Source: an uncultured Candidatus Saccharibacteria bacterium
GTDB taxonomy: Bacteria; Patescibacteriota; Doudnabacteria; UBA920
Assembly (NCBI GenBank): GCA_964490395.1
Contig: CAZBAS010000003.1
Location: 8,636 to 72,635 of the forward strand
Direction of reading: 5' to 3'
DNA length: 64,000 bases
This document shows, piece after piece, positions 17,177 through 26,516 of the stretch. Under the pieces are notes generated by a model. That model saw only the letters and a program-made list of their open reading frames with translations, was not told where the DNA came from and searched no databases. The position numbers and the translations under genes are program-made. Every line of letters starts with the position of its first letter. Position 1 is the first letter of the stretch.

Positions 17177-18166
17177 ATGGTAAATCAATCACAATTAGAA
17201 ACAGTGCGAGAGCTTGTACGTACTTCAAAAAATCTCTCAGACGCAGAGCGTACTGAGTGGCTGGGTTTGCTTGGCTTCATGAACGATAAGCAGCTCTCAG
17301 ATTTATCTGCTATTTTGCAGTCGGCTTCGCCGACCCCAGAACCGCCCAAGGTAATCATACCGGTGAAAGTTATTGCTCCTGAGCAAATAGCAGCACCTGC
17401 AGCAGAGCTGGACCTTCCAGCACCTACGCCTACAAGTCGACCCGCTATACCACCCATTGCAACTCCCCCTCCTGGGGCGAATACTGTTTCAGCTTTCATC
17501 AATCGCAATTTTGCTACAGAGCTTCATCGCACTCCTGTTCCGCCATCTATTCCAGAAGAATCAGCGAAAAAAAACATTTCTACAACACCTGTCCCAGCCC
17601 CGCCTGAATTGATCGTTCCTACACCTCCGGCAAGGTCCGTGAATATGTCGGACATTGCTGCTAAGGCGCCAGCTGCGCCAGCGGCAGAGCCTTTGGCGGC
17701 GCCAAGTGTGAACATTCCTCCAAAGCCAATTGCTGCAACCTTGGCACCAGAACCTGCGGCAATTAGCCTGCCTCAGCGCGCACCCGAGATTGTAACTCCA
17801 CCGACTCCAGAACCTTCAGAAGAAAATGATGCTCTTCCACAAGTAGATGAAGAAGTAGTGGCGCCCCCTAAAAATTTAGAAGATGTACGACGGTTAAATG
17901 TGGCAACGCTCCGGGGTAGGGGTGTGCTTGGCATAGAAACAGAACTTAAAACCTTGTGTCAGAAGTTTGGCTATTTTTCAGTACAATTTGCGCTTGAGCA
18001 CTCGCCGCTCTATCAAACCTATTTAGCAGTAGGTAGTCGTGTGCTCCAGCAGCACCAATCGTTTGAAGGTGTACAGGCTGAGCTTGCTGCAGGAAATAGA
18101 CCATATTTAACTAAGCCTGAATTTGAAGAAATAAATGATTTATTACAGCGCATAAAAAGCGGGTAA
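17177..18166 (+). CDS. Hypothetical Pro/Ala-rich protein in the T4SS-like locus
   Basis: 329 aa with PAPxP-type low-complexity sequence in the middle and a structured C-terminus. Confidence 0.4.
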   Translation: MVNQSQLETVRELVRTSKNLSDAERTEWLGLLGFMNDKQLSDLSAILQSASPTPEPPKVIIPVKVIAPEQIAAPAAELDLPAPTPTSRPAIPPIATPPPGANTVSAFINRNFATELHRTPVPPSIPEESAKKNISTTPVPAPPELIVPTPPARSVNMSDIAAKAPAAPAAEPLAAPSVNIPPKPIAATLAPEPAAISLPQRAPEIVTPPTPEPSEENDALPQVDEEVVAPPKNLEDVRRLNVATLRGRGVLGIETELKTLCQKFGYFSVQFALEHSPLYQTYLAVGSRVLQQHQSFEGVQAELAAGNRPYLTKPEFEEINDLLQRIKSG

Positions 18167-18180
18167 TATGGTATAATTAG

Positions 18181-18265
18181 TACAGTTCGTAAAGTTCATA
18201 AAGTAGAAAGTTCATAAAGTATGACTTTACAAACTTTAAGAACTTTATAAACTTTCAACGTATTC
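18181..18265 (+). promoter_or_regulatory. Second copy of the conserved element (AAAGTTCATAAAGT)x2 ... ACTTTACAAACTTTAAGAACTTT, upstream of the virB3-like gene
   Basis: gtaaagttcataaagtagaaagttcataaagtatgactttacaaactttaagaactttataaacttt matches 6001-6083 closely. Confidence 0.6.
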
Positions 18266-18709
18266 ATGCAGTTTCCCGTTCCACAATTCACCGAAGTAGA
18301 GGATAAAATTATAGGCCCTTTAACTGTTAAGCAGTTTTTTATTTTGCTGCTGACTGGGGGCATTATATTTTTTGCGTATTCTCTCTCTAAAGACTATTAC
18401 GTAACTGGTGCTGCTGGCGTATTGGTTGGCATACCGGGACTTGCCGTGACTTTTGGTCAATTCAATGGAAGGCCTATGTATGTCTCGGTATTCGTTTTTC
18501 TGAATTACTGGACCAGGCCTAAATTTTTTATTTTTCATAAAGAAGCAGAGGGTCATACCACCACTACAGTGAAAAACTTGCAACCAGCGCCAGAGCCCCC
18601 TAAAAAAACAGAACCAGGTGATGACCCTCGTAGTAGACTGCATAGAATTCAGTATCAATTAGAGCAGCGTGCAAGCCAAGAAGCAGAACTGTTGCAGCAG
18701 CGGAAGTGA
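18266..18709 (+). CDS. Small two-TM membrane protein, VirB3/PrgI-like (inferred from position)
   Basis: 147 aa with two adjacent hydrophobic helices. It lies immediately upstream of the VirB4 ORFs, which is the usual VirB3 position. Confidence 0.35.
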   Translation: MQFPVPQFTEVEDKIIGPLTVKQFFILLLTGGIIFFAYSLSKDYYVTGAAGVLVGIPGLAVTFGQFNGRPMYVSVFVFLNYWTRPKFFIFHKEAEGHTTTTVKNLQPAPEPPKKTEPGDDPRSRLHRIQYQLEQRASQEAELLQQRK

Positions 18710-18786
18710 GAATTGTGAATTAAGAATGGCATGATATATTTCTCTCTTAATTCATACTTCATAATTCATAATTCTAGACTTTAGTT

Positions 18787-19494
18787 ATGGCCCTAGAAAT
18801 GCAAAAACCAAATCAGGCAAAAGGAGTATCTACCAACAATGCATTGCGAATTGCAGAAATACGCGATGATATTGTTATTATGCAGGACGGCACGCTACGA
18901 GCAGTCTTGGCCATCTCTTCTACAAACTTCGACTTAAAAAGTGAAGAAGAGCAGAATGGCATTGTCTATGGCTACCAACGCTTTCTCAATTCACTAGATT
19001 TTCCTGTGCAAATTCTCATGCAGAGCAGAAGGTTGGATATTGCAGATTATGTTGGCCGCCTTAAGGTGACTACGAGCCACCTAACCAATGAACTGCTGAA
19101 AATGCAGGCGAGCTATTACATGGACTACATAGCAGAGTTGGTAGCCAGTGCAAATGTAATGAGTAAGAATTTTTACATAGTTGTACCTTTATCTCAAAGT
19201 GTGACCCCTGCTGCGGGCGGGTTTCTTTCCAAAATTTTTGGCGGTGGCGTGGCAAAACAGACAACGCAAAAACTTGATAACTTAAAACATTACTCTGAAC
19301 AGCTCCAGCAGCGCATAGACTCCGTTATGGGCAACTTGTCTGGGGTGGGGCTGCGCATTGTCCGGCTCGATACGGGTGCGCTCATTGAACTTTACTATAA
19401 CTCTTATAACTTTGAGTCGGCGCCTACACTTGATAGCAGTACCCTTGGTGATATAAAAGTAATAAATGCTCCCGGGAGTCCGACGGCCAGTTAA
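18787..19494 (+). CDS. VirB4/TrbE-like ATPase, N-terminal domain fragment (split gene)
   Basis: 235 aa. The motif IVIMQDGTLRAVLAISSTNFDLKSEEEQNGIVYGYQRFLNSLDFPVQIL matches the conserved VirB4 N-terminal region (DG.L.A...G.D....E.E). It ends 35 nt before the ATPase ORF, which starts in a different frame. Confidence 0.5.
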   Translation: MALEMQKPNQAKGVSTNNALRIAEIRDDIVIMQDGTLRAVLAISSTNFDLKSEEEQNGIVYGYQRFLNSLDFPVQILMQSRRLDIADYVGRLKVTTSHLTNELLKMQASYYMDYIAELVASANVMSKNFYIVVPLSQSVTPAAGGFLSKIFGGGVAKQTTQKLDNLKHYSEQLQQRIDSVMGNLSGVGLRIVRLDTGALIELYYNSYNFESAPTLDSSTLGDIKVINAPGSPTAS

Positions 19495-19529
19495 TGCGCC
19501 CTATTTTTTGAAATTGTCTTTACATAGCC

Positions 19530-21380
19530 ATGAGTTTATTCGCAACCAGAACACCCGAGCAAATTGCTCAAGAAAAAGAAAAATTGCAATCTGCAAAATC
19601 TGCGTCCCAGGTTAACAAGCAGGTTGCTGAGCTGGAAAAAATATACCAAGAAGGTGTAACGTCTTTAAAAGATTTACTTTCACCTACGGCGCTTAAGTAC
19701 GAAAGCTCCTATTTTTTGCTGAACGGTAAATACGGTCGCAGTTTTTTTGTGCTTGCGTACCCTCGGTTTCTTTCTACGAACTGGCTTTCGTTTATTATCA
19801 ATTCTGAGGGTGAACTGGACGTATCCATGTTCATTTACCCAATTGATTCCGCAACTATACTGAAAAAGCTCAAGTCTAAAGTTGGTGAAATTGGTTCACA
19901 GCTTAGCATAAACCAAGAAAAAGGAGTTGTGCGAGATCCAATGCTTGAGACGGCGTACCAGGATGTAGAGGGTCTGCGCGACTCGCTCTTACAGGGAACA
20001 GAAAAGTATTTTCGTTTTGCTCTCTATTTCACTATATATGCCGATAACGTCAAAGATTTGGACGAAGCTTCTACGGTGCTGGAGAGTGAGCTCGGAGCAA
20101 AGCTTGTGGTAACAAAACGCGCGCTTATGCAGACTGAGCAAGGGTTCATTTCCACCCTACCCTATGGTCTGGATGAAATGAATATAGGTAACAATCTAAA
20201 TACAAGTCCACTTTCTACAACCTTTCCGTTTGTATCACCCGACCTTACGAGCAATGATGGTATTTTGTATGGTATAAACCGGCACAACAACAGTCTTATT
20301 TTGTTCGACCGGTTTAAGATGGAAAATGCGAATTTTGTGGTATTCGCGAAGTCTGGTGCTGGGAAGTCGTATACGATAAAACTTGAAATTCTGCGTAGCC
20401 TCATGGTTGGTACTGAGGTCTTGGTTATTGATCCAGAAAATGAATACCAACATTTGGCCGAAGCCGTTGGCGGAAGCTTTATAAACATATCCTTGAACTC
20501 TCAGTCCCGTATAAACCCATTTGACCTGCCGCGCGGATTGGAAGGGGAGAGCCAAGAGGACATTATGCGTAGCGCCGTTATTTTTCTGCTCGGTCTCATG
20601 AACCTGATGCTGGGCCAGCTCGATCCGACTGAAGAGGCAATTATGGATAAGGCTATATGGCAAACCTATGCCAAGAAAGATATAACCGTCCAAAGTGATT
20701 TAACCAATGTAGAATTTCCTACCATGGGCGACCTTGTAGAGGTTCTGCAAGGCATGGTGGGCGCAGAGAATTTGTCGCAAAGACTTTCTAAATACACCCA
20801 AGGTACCTTTTCGGGAATATTCGACCAGCAAAGTAACGTTGGCTTGGTCAATAGTTTAGTAGTATTTTCTATTCGCGACCTGGAAGATATACTTCGCCCT
20901 ATTGCCATGTTCGTGCTGGTGAACCATATTTGGAACTTGGTGCGCAGTGAGCTTAAGCGACGCATCTTGGTGCTTGATGAAGCGTGGGTTATGATGCAGC
21001 ATGAAGATAGCGCCCGGTTTATTTTTGGAATTGCAAAACGATGTCGTAAGTATTATTTGGGGCTCACTACCATTACTCAGGACGTAGCTGACTTTATGGC
21101 ATCGCCTTATGGTAAGCCAATTGTAACGAACTCATCTATCCAGCTGCTCTTAAAACAGAGTCCTGCATCTATAAACATAGTCGCAGAAACTTTTTTCTTG
21201 ACCGAAGGCGAAAAATATTTACTCCTTGAAAGCGAAGTTGGGCAAGGGATATTTTTTGCAGGCACGAAACACGCTGCTATTGAGGTTCATGCTTCCTACA
21301 TAGAAGACCAAATTATTACGACCGATCCAAAGCAGCTCATGGAAATAAAAGAACAACAGGCCGCTGCTCCGGCTGTGTAG
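19530..21380 (+). CDS. VirB4/TraC/TrbE-like conjugation/T4SS ATPase (C-terminal RecA-like domain)
   Basis: 616 aa. Walker A FAKSGAGKSYT and Walker B VLDEAWVMM (the DEAW motif is typical of VirB4). Confidence 0.7.
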   Translation: MSLFATRTPEQIAQEKEKLQSAKSASQVNKQVAELEKIYQEGVTSLKDLLSPTALKYESSYFLLNGKYGRSFFVLAYPRFLSTNWLSFIINSEGELDVSMFIYPIDSATILKKLKSKVGEIGSQLSINQEKGVVRDPMLETAYQDVEGLRDSLLQGTEKYFRFALYFTIYADNVKDLDEASTVLESELGAKLVVTKRALMQTEQGFISTLPYGLDEMNIGNNLNTSPLSTTFPFVSPDLTSNDGILYGINRHNNSLILFDRFKMENANFVVFAKSGAGKSYTIKLEILRSLMVGTEVLVIDPENEYQHLAEAVGGSFINISLNSQSRINPFDLPRGLEGESQEDIMRSAVIFLLGLMNLMLGQLDPTEEAIMDKAIWQTYAKKDITVQSDLTNVEFPTMGDLVEVLQGMVGAENLSQRLSKYTQGTFSGIFDQQSNVGLVNSLVVFSIRDLEDILRPIAMFVLVNHIWNLVRSELKRRILVLDEAWVMMQHEDSARFIFGIAKRCRKYYLGLTTITQDVADFMASPYGKPIVTNSSIQLLLKQSPASINIVAETFFLTEGEKYLLLESEVGQGIFFAGTKHAAIEVHASYIEDQIITTDPKQLMEIKEQQAAAPAV

Positions 21381-21424
21381 AGTATGCAGAAGGTGTAATG
21401 TTCATGTTAATTTAGACCATTGCT

Positions 21425-22723
21425 ATGTCCACAGGCGTTGGTATACCTCAAACTAGTAGTAACCCGAATACAAATGCCCAGCTGCAAAAAGCCGCAGCGT
21501 GGGCTTTTGCTATTGACCAAGGTAGGCAGGCGAGAAGCAAAGAAGATGCGCTGTTGCTCGCGCGCATGTACGAAGCAGCGGCAGCAGTACATGCTACTGA
21601 ACTGACCTACGATGCGCTGCAGCGCGTTATAGATGAAGAAAAACAACGGCGTGCAGCCGGGGTTGTGCTTATTGCCCAAAGCAATCCGTTTAGAGATGTC
21701 CCCAATATTGCCGAGGCGCACCGTGGTGCATATAACCAGGCGAAACCCGAAGAAAAAAGCCAAGTACGCAATAGACTAACTCCAGAGAAGCAGGAAGCGC
21801 TGACTGAACTTGAAGATGAAACAGAAAACGATGATGAAAACAGTGCGCCAGTAGACGAAGTCCCAGCAGCTAAACCTATTCCTGCACCATTTCCCGGAGC
21901 AAGTCCCCAAGAGTCAGAAGCAGATGAAGATGGGCAGGCAGCAGAGGGCCCTGACGCTGCTGAGCAGGCGCAATCCGAGGAACCCGAGACTGATCTTCCT
22001 GGTATTGACGCGCCTTTTCCTGGTGGCTTTTTCGCTGCGGGGGGCGGGGGCGATAGTCCAGCAGAGAAGAAACCAGGTGGTCCCCAGATGTGGTTTGATA
22101 AAATAGGCGCAAATGTGGCCCATAATATAAAGGGCCAAAAAGTTATGTTGTATGGGCAGCGTGCAGAAGCCCTTGGACGTGCGGGCCGCATTGCCAGTCG
22201 GGCCATGCGCAAGCGTGGCGGTCCAGCGCAGTTTGGTAACGCAAAGAAATTAGAAAATTTAGCTCGGAGCACTCAAAAAGTGGGAAAGGCTCTCCAAAAA
22301 GGAGGCAAATACCTTGCTGCTGCTCAGGCCGTTAAGGAGTTTGCATCGGGAGACCTTAAGAAAAGTGTTGCCACGGCGGTCCGTACTGGTGGTAGCATTC
22401 TTATAACCCAGCTGGCATTTTGGGTGTCGGGCCTGTTCGGCCTTACGATAAAAGGCTTGGTTGTTACCGCTGTTGTGTGGAATATTATTTTAATTGCGAG
22501 CAAGCTCTTTAAGCTGAGCATTCCGAGCTGGATGAAGTGGTCTATTATCGCGTTTGATATTGCCTTGCCAATGCTTTTGGTGCTTATTGTAATAGCTTTA
22601 TTTGTTGTTTCTTGTTATATATCTCATGGAAATTTTATCACCGACCTATTGTCTGGGTTCGTAGGACTATTCTCGAGTGTGGTCGGAGGCTTTAATCAAT
22701 TTTGTACCGGCCTTGGCATTTAA
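21425..22723 (+). CDS. Hypothetical protein with an acidic low-complexity centre and a C-terminal multi-TM region
   Basis: 432 aa. The D/E/A-rich middle is followed by three or four TM helices at the C-terminus. No known motif. Confidence 0.4.
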   Translation: MSTGVGIPQTSSNPNTNAQLQKAAAWAFAIDQGRQARSKEDALLLARMYEAAAAVHATELTYDALQRVIDEEKQRRAAGVVLIAQSNPFRDVPNIAEAHRGAYNQAKPEEKSQVRNRLTPEKQEALTELEDETENDDENSAPVDEVPAAKPIPAPFPGASPQESEADEDGQAAEGPDAAEQAQSEEPETDLPGIDAPFPGGFFAAGGGGDSPAEKKPGGPQMWFDKIGANVAHNIKGQKVMLYGQRAEALGRAGRIASRAMRKRGGPAQFGNAKKLENLARSTQKVGKALQKGGKYLAAAQAVKEFASGDLKKSVATAVRTGGSILITQLAFWVSGLFGLTIKGLVVTAVVWNIILIASKLFKLSIPSWMKWSIIAFDIALPMLLVLIVIALFVVSCYISHGNFITDLLSGFVGLFSSVVGGFNQFCTGLGI

Positions 22724-22908
22724 TTATTTTATATTTTTTGGTCTAATTGTGGTATACTATAAGCACGTTTTGGACGTTTGAAACAGAACTGTACCCAGTT
22801 GAAATTCTCCAGATTCTCCACCGTTGGTATACGAATCTCAACCTGGGTATGTAAAAATTTTATCTGAATGCATTACACGTATTGTGATGCGAAGAAATTC
22901 TACTGGGT

Positions 22909-24090
22909 ATGAACAAAAAAGCCATTACAATTCTTGGGGCAATCTTCCTGCTTATTGTGGGAACCCTTGGATTTTTAATTTATCAGCGAAGGTCTAGTAC
23001 AAATACCAATACTAATACCGCTACAAATACCCAAACGCCACCTCCGACTCCTACTCCTACTCCGACTCCGGTTGACCCAAATCCTACTCCGACTCCTACT
23101 CCTACACCTGTTCCCACACCAACCCCTACACCAACAGGTAATGGACTTACTCCGGTTCAGCTGACCAATGATCAGGTAGTGAGTCCTGTGCTCTTTTACC
23201 AAGGGAATGGTATGGCTTATTTTAATGCACAGGGGCAGCTCTTTCAGGCAGAATTAGATACAACTACAGCAAAGTTTTCACTTACCAACAAAAGAGAACT
23301 GGGCGTACCTCCGAAATCTGGCATAACAAAAGTGTATTGGCCAGCAGCGGGTAACAACTATCTTGTTGAGCTGGGTAGCGGCAGCACTAAGAAGTGGAGT
23401 GTGTATGTGAGTGATAAAGGTTTGTATGTGGATGTTCCCTCACAAGCTACTGCTATAAACTGGATGCCGGACGGAGAGCAGCTATTGTATCTTTGGCTCG
23501 ATAAAGGCAAGACCAATCTTAACATTTCTCCTGCAGACTTAAGCACTTGGCAAGTAGTAACTGACGTATGGGAAAATGACGATGATATAGCTGTATCGCC
23601 AGACGGCCGAACAATATTGTTTTGGCGTACTGCAAGCACTGACAGCACCAATAAAATAAACATGGTGACTCCAGATGGGAAACTGTTCCGAACTGTTGTA
23701 AAAGATGGGTTTAATACTGGCGCCGTATGGAGCCCTGATAGCCAGAGGTTTGCATTTAACCGAAAAGATTCAAGCGGTAAGCAGCAACTCTGGGTAGCGA
23801 ACATGACTACGGGTGAGGTGCAGAATATGAACCTCGCAGCTTCTGTAACAAATGTAGCCTGGTCTCCAGATGGCCGTATGCTATATGTTGGCTTGCCCGC
23901 AGATTCGGGTACTGGTGCTGTGGTCCGAATAGATGTTCCCACAGCTACCGATAGGCAATTAACTTTGAATGGTGATTTTGAGCCTTCTCAAATGTTTACG
24001 AGCGCCGATGGTAGAACGCTATTCTTTAAGAATAACCTCGATGGTGGATTGTATTATGTAGATGTCGGTAGCGTATCTACAGCACAATAA
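22909..24090 (+). CDS. Membrane-anchored TolB-like PD40 beta-propeller protein with a Thr-Pro linker
   Basis: N-terminal TM helix, a (TP)n linker, and repeated PD40-type motifs WMPDGEQLLY, VSPDGRTILF, WSPDSQRFAF and WSPDGRMLYV. Confidence 0.6.
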   Translation: MNKKAITILGAIFLLIVGTLGFLIYQRRSSTNTNTNTATNTQTPPPTPTPTPTPVDPNPTPTPTPTPVPTPTPTPTGNGLTPVQLTNDQVVSPVLFYQGNGMAYFNAQGQLFQAELDTTTAKFSLTNKRELGVPPKSGITKVYWPAAGNNYLVELGSGSTKKWSVYVSDKGLYVDVPSQATAINWMPDGEQLLYLWLDKGKTNLNISPADLSTWQVVTDVWENDDDIAVSPDGRTILFWRTASTDSTNKINMVTPDGKLFRTVVKDGFNTGAVWSPDSQRFAFNRKDSSGKQQLWVANMTTGEVQNMNLAASVTNVAWSPDGRMLYVGLPADSGTGAVVRIDVPTATDRQLTLNGDFEPSQMFTSADGRTLFFKNNLDGGLYYVDVGSVSTAQ

Positions 24091-24167
24091 CAGTACTTTT
24101 TGCTCGCTATTCTGAAAAAGGCAAGGTAAACACCGTCAAATAATAAAACCCAAATAACAAAGAAATT

Positions 24168-24201
24168 CTCCGCCCAAGGCGGACCCGCCTCGGGCGGGCA
24201 A
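24168..24201 (+). repeat. GC-rich double-hairpin repeat element (ccgcc-caa-ggcgg a cccgcc-tcg-ggcggg)
   Basis: A second, inverted copy occurs at 30003-30035. Compensatory changes (aa/tc versus ga/tt) preserve the hairpins. Confidence 0.6.
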
Positions 24202-24309
24202 TCCCTAAATTCTAAATTTTGAAAACGGCAACGTTTCGATTTTTTGGAAATTGGGTGTAGAGTTTTTTTGTTTTTTGTTATGTAAGACTTTCAGTTTTAA
24301 TATATCGCT

Positions 24310-25641
24310 ATGGCAAAAACAGTTAAACAATTTGTGTGCAGTAACTGCGGGTATGCAACCAGCCGCTGGCAGGGGAAATGTCCAGAATGCGAACAATGGA
24401 ATACGTTTGTTGAAAGTGCCGTAGCCACTACGAAAGGCGGTGCCCCAGCAGTGGTTGGTAAGCCACAAAAACTGAGCTCGACCACAGAATCCCATGCTCA
24501 GCGTTTTCATAGCGGTATAGGAGAATTTGATGTTGTGCTTGGTGGTGGGTTTGTGCCTGGGGCGCTGGTCCTGCTCGGCGGTGATCCCGGTATAGGAAAG
24601 TCTACACTGGCGCTCCAGGCGGCGTTAGCTTTAAGTAAAGAGGGGGAGCAAGTGCTCTATGTTTCAGGGGAGGAATCTGCCCATCAAATTAAACTGAGAA
24701 GTGACCGTATAGATAAAAAGGTGGACATGCGGGTACTCTGCGAAACAAACCTTGAGACCATACTCGCTACCTTAGACGCTGAAAAACCAGCGCTCGCAAT
24801 AGTAGATTCCATCCAAACAATCACTAGCGAACAGGTAAATGGGGTGGTAGGCGGCGTAAGCCAGGTTGCTTTTGCTACCAATAGTCTTATGCGCTTTGCA
24901 AAGTCGTCGCACGTTACTTTGCTCATAATAGGCCATGTAACAAAAGAAGGCATGCTCGCTGGCCCTAAGACTCTAGAGCATATGGTGGATACCGTACTGT
25001 ATATGGAAGGGGAGCGGTTCACTAGCTTGCGGCTTCTGCGGTGCAATAAGAATCGGTTCGGTAGCACCGGTGAAGTAGGGGTGTTCGATATGACCGAAGG
25101 TGGGCTTGTGGAAGTTAAAAACCCCGCAGCACTTTTTTTGGAACATCGGACTGCAAACGTTGCGGGTACCTGTGTAACCGCTATATTGGAAGGGAATAAA
25201 GTATTGCTTCTCGAGGTTCAGGCGCTGACTAACCCGACAAGTTTTGGATATCCCAAACGCGCTGCGAGCGGGTTTGACGCCAATCGTTTGCAGTTATTAC
25301 TCGCAATAATGGAAAAAAGGCTGGGAGTGAAAACTTCTGGTCATGATGTGTACGTGAATGTGGCAGGCGGCTTTCAACTTGATGAACGTGCGGCAGATTT
25401 ACCAGTAGTGCTCGCAGTCCTATCTAGTATGAAAAACAAAGCTTTGCCCGAAGATTTGGTAGCATTTGGAGAAGTGGGGCTCGCTGGGGAGGTGCGCGGA
25501 GTGACGCAAATAGATAAACGCTTAAAGGAAGCAGAAAAACTTGGGTTCGGAAGCATTATCACTGCGCACGTTAGCAAGCAAAAATCTAACCCGAAACTTC
25601 GCGGTATTAAGTTCATAGGAGAACTAAAAGAGTGGGTCTAG
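24310..25641 (+). CDS. radA: DNA repair protein RadA/Sms
   Basis: N-terminal Zn ribbon CSNCGYATSRWQGKCPEC, Walker A GGDPGIGKST, and a Lon-like C-terminal domain. Confidence 0.85.
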   Translation: MAKTVKQFVCSNCGYATSRWQGKCPECEQWNTFVESAVATTKGGAPAVVGKPQKLSSTTESHAQRFHSGIGEFDVVLGGGFVPGALVLLGGDPGIGKSTLALQAALALSKEGEQVLYVSGEESAHQIKLRSDRIDKKVDMRVLCETNLETILATLDAEKPALAIVDSIQTITSEQVNGVVGGVSQVAFATNSLMRFAKSSHVTLLIIGHVTKEGMLAGPKTLEHMVDTVLYMEGERFTSLRLLRCNKNRFGSTGEVGVFDMTEGGLVEVKNPAALFLEHRTANVAGTCVTAILEGNKVLLLEVQALTNPTSFGYPKRAASGFDANRLQLLLAIMEKRLGVKTSGHDVYVNVAGGFQLDERAADLPVVLAVLSSMKNKALPEDLVAFGEVGLAGEVRGVTQIDKRLKEAEKLGFGSIITAHVSKQKSNPKLRGIKFIGELKEWV

Positions 25642-26495
25642 GCACCTTGAAGGACTTTTCTGTCGTCAGCTGGAATGTACAAAGTACATTCCGCCGTCCT
25701 CCTGCCTTTCGCTGGGATTCTTTATGGCATATTGTCGCAGGGTATACCTCGTTTACACGAGTAGCGCCGGCTTTGGAAAAAATGCACGCCGATATTATCG
25801 TATTACAAGAAATTCACGATGCAAAGGAAAAATTTGAACGGTATAAATTTTTTTTAGAATACAATGTATATATACCTGCTTTAAATAGCAAGGTATATCA
25901 TGGGCAAAAAGGCTTTAATTCAAACGTTGTGTTGACCAAGTTCCCCATTGTAGCCTCTAAGGAAATTTCATTTCCAACTACCAAGAAATACGCTGAGCAC
26001 TGTTCCCGTGTTGATATGTTGGTCGATGATCAAATTTTGCGAGTGTACGCGTGTCATTTTCCGATTTTTGGAGTTGGTGTAGCGACTCGTGCTACACTTT
26101 TGGACTATGTGTTGTCGGATGCTGCTACTCATGCGGGACCAATAATCATTTGCGGAGACTTAAACACAACCATCCCCCGAAGCGGTTGGAGAAGAGCTGT
26201 AGTTAGGCTCTGGCACCAAGTTTTTAGAAACGAGCTGATGGTAGATGGTAAAATTGCGCGGGAAGATGAACGATACGTAATTAAAAACATTTTAAACCGC
26301 CACGCTTTCACTGATGTGCTAGATATCAACGCACCAACGTGGTCTCCTATTAAATCGATCCATGGAGAGCTTTTTGGCTTAAAACTGGATTGGTGCATGA
26401 TCAAAAAACTGCAAGTACAGTCTGTGCACCTTGGCCAGTATATCTCAGATCACAGATCGATACTGGTACGGTGTGCTCTGCCGGAGGTGCAGTAG
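25632..26495 (+). CDS. Endonuclease/exonuclease/phosphatase (EEP) family protein
   Basis: VVSWNVQS, VLQEIHD, GDLNTT and SDHRSILV motifs. The start overlaps the end of radA by 10 nt. Confidence 0.6.
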   Translation: MGLGTLKDFSVVSWNVQSTFRRPPAFRWDSLWHIVAGYTSFTRVAPALEKMHADIIVLQEIHDAKEKFERYKFFLEYNVYIPALNSKVYHGQKGFNSNVVLTKFPIVASKEISFPTTKKYAEHCSRVDMLVDDQILRVYACHFPIFGVGVATRATLLDYVLSDAATHAGPIIICGDLNTTIPRSGWRRAVVRLWHQVFRNELMVDGKIAREDERYVIKNILNRHAFTDVLDINAPTWSPIKSIHGELFGLKLDWCMIKKLQVQSVHLGQYISDHRSILVRCALPEVQ

Positions 26496-26516
26496 TTTTC
26501 TGCGCGAGCAACGACA

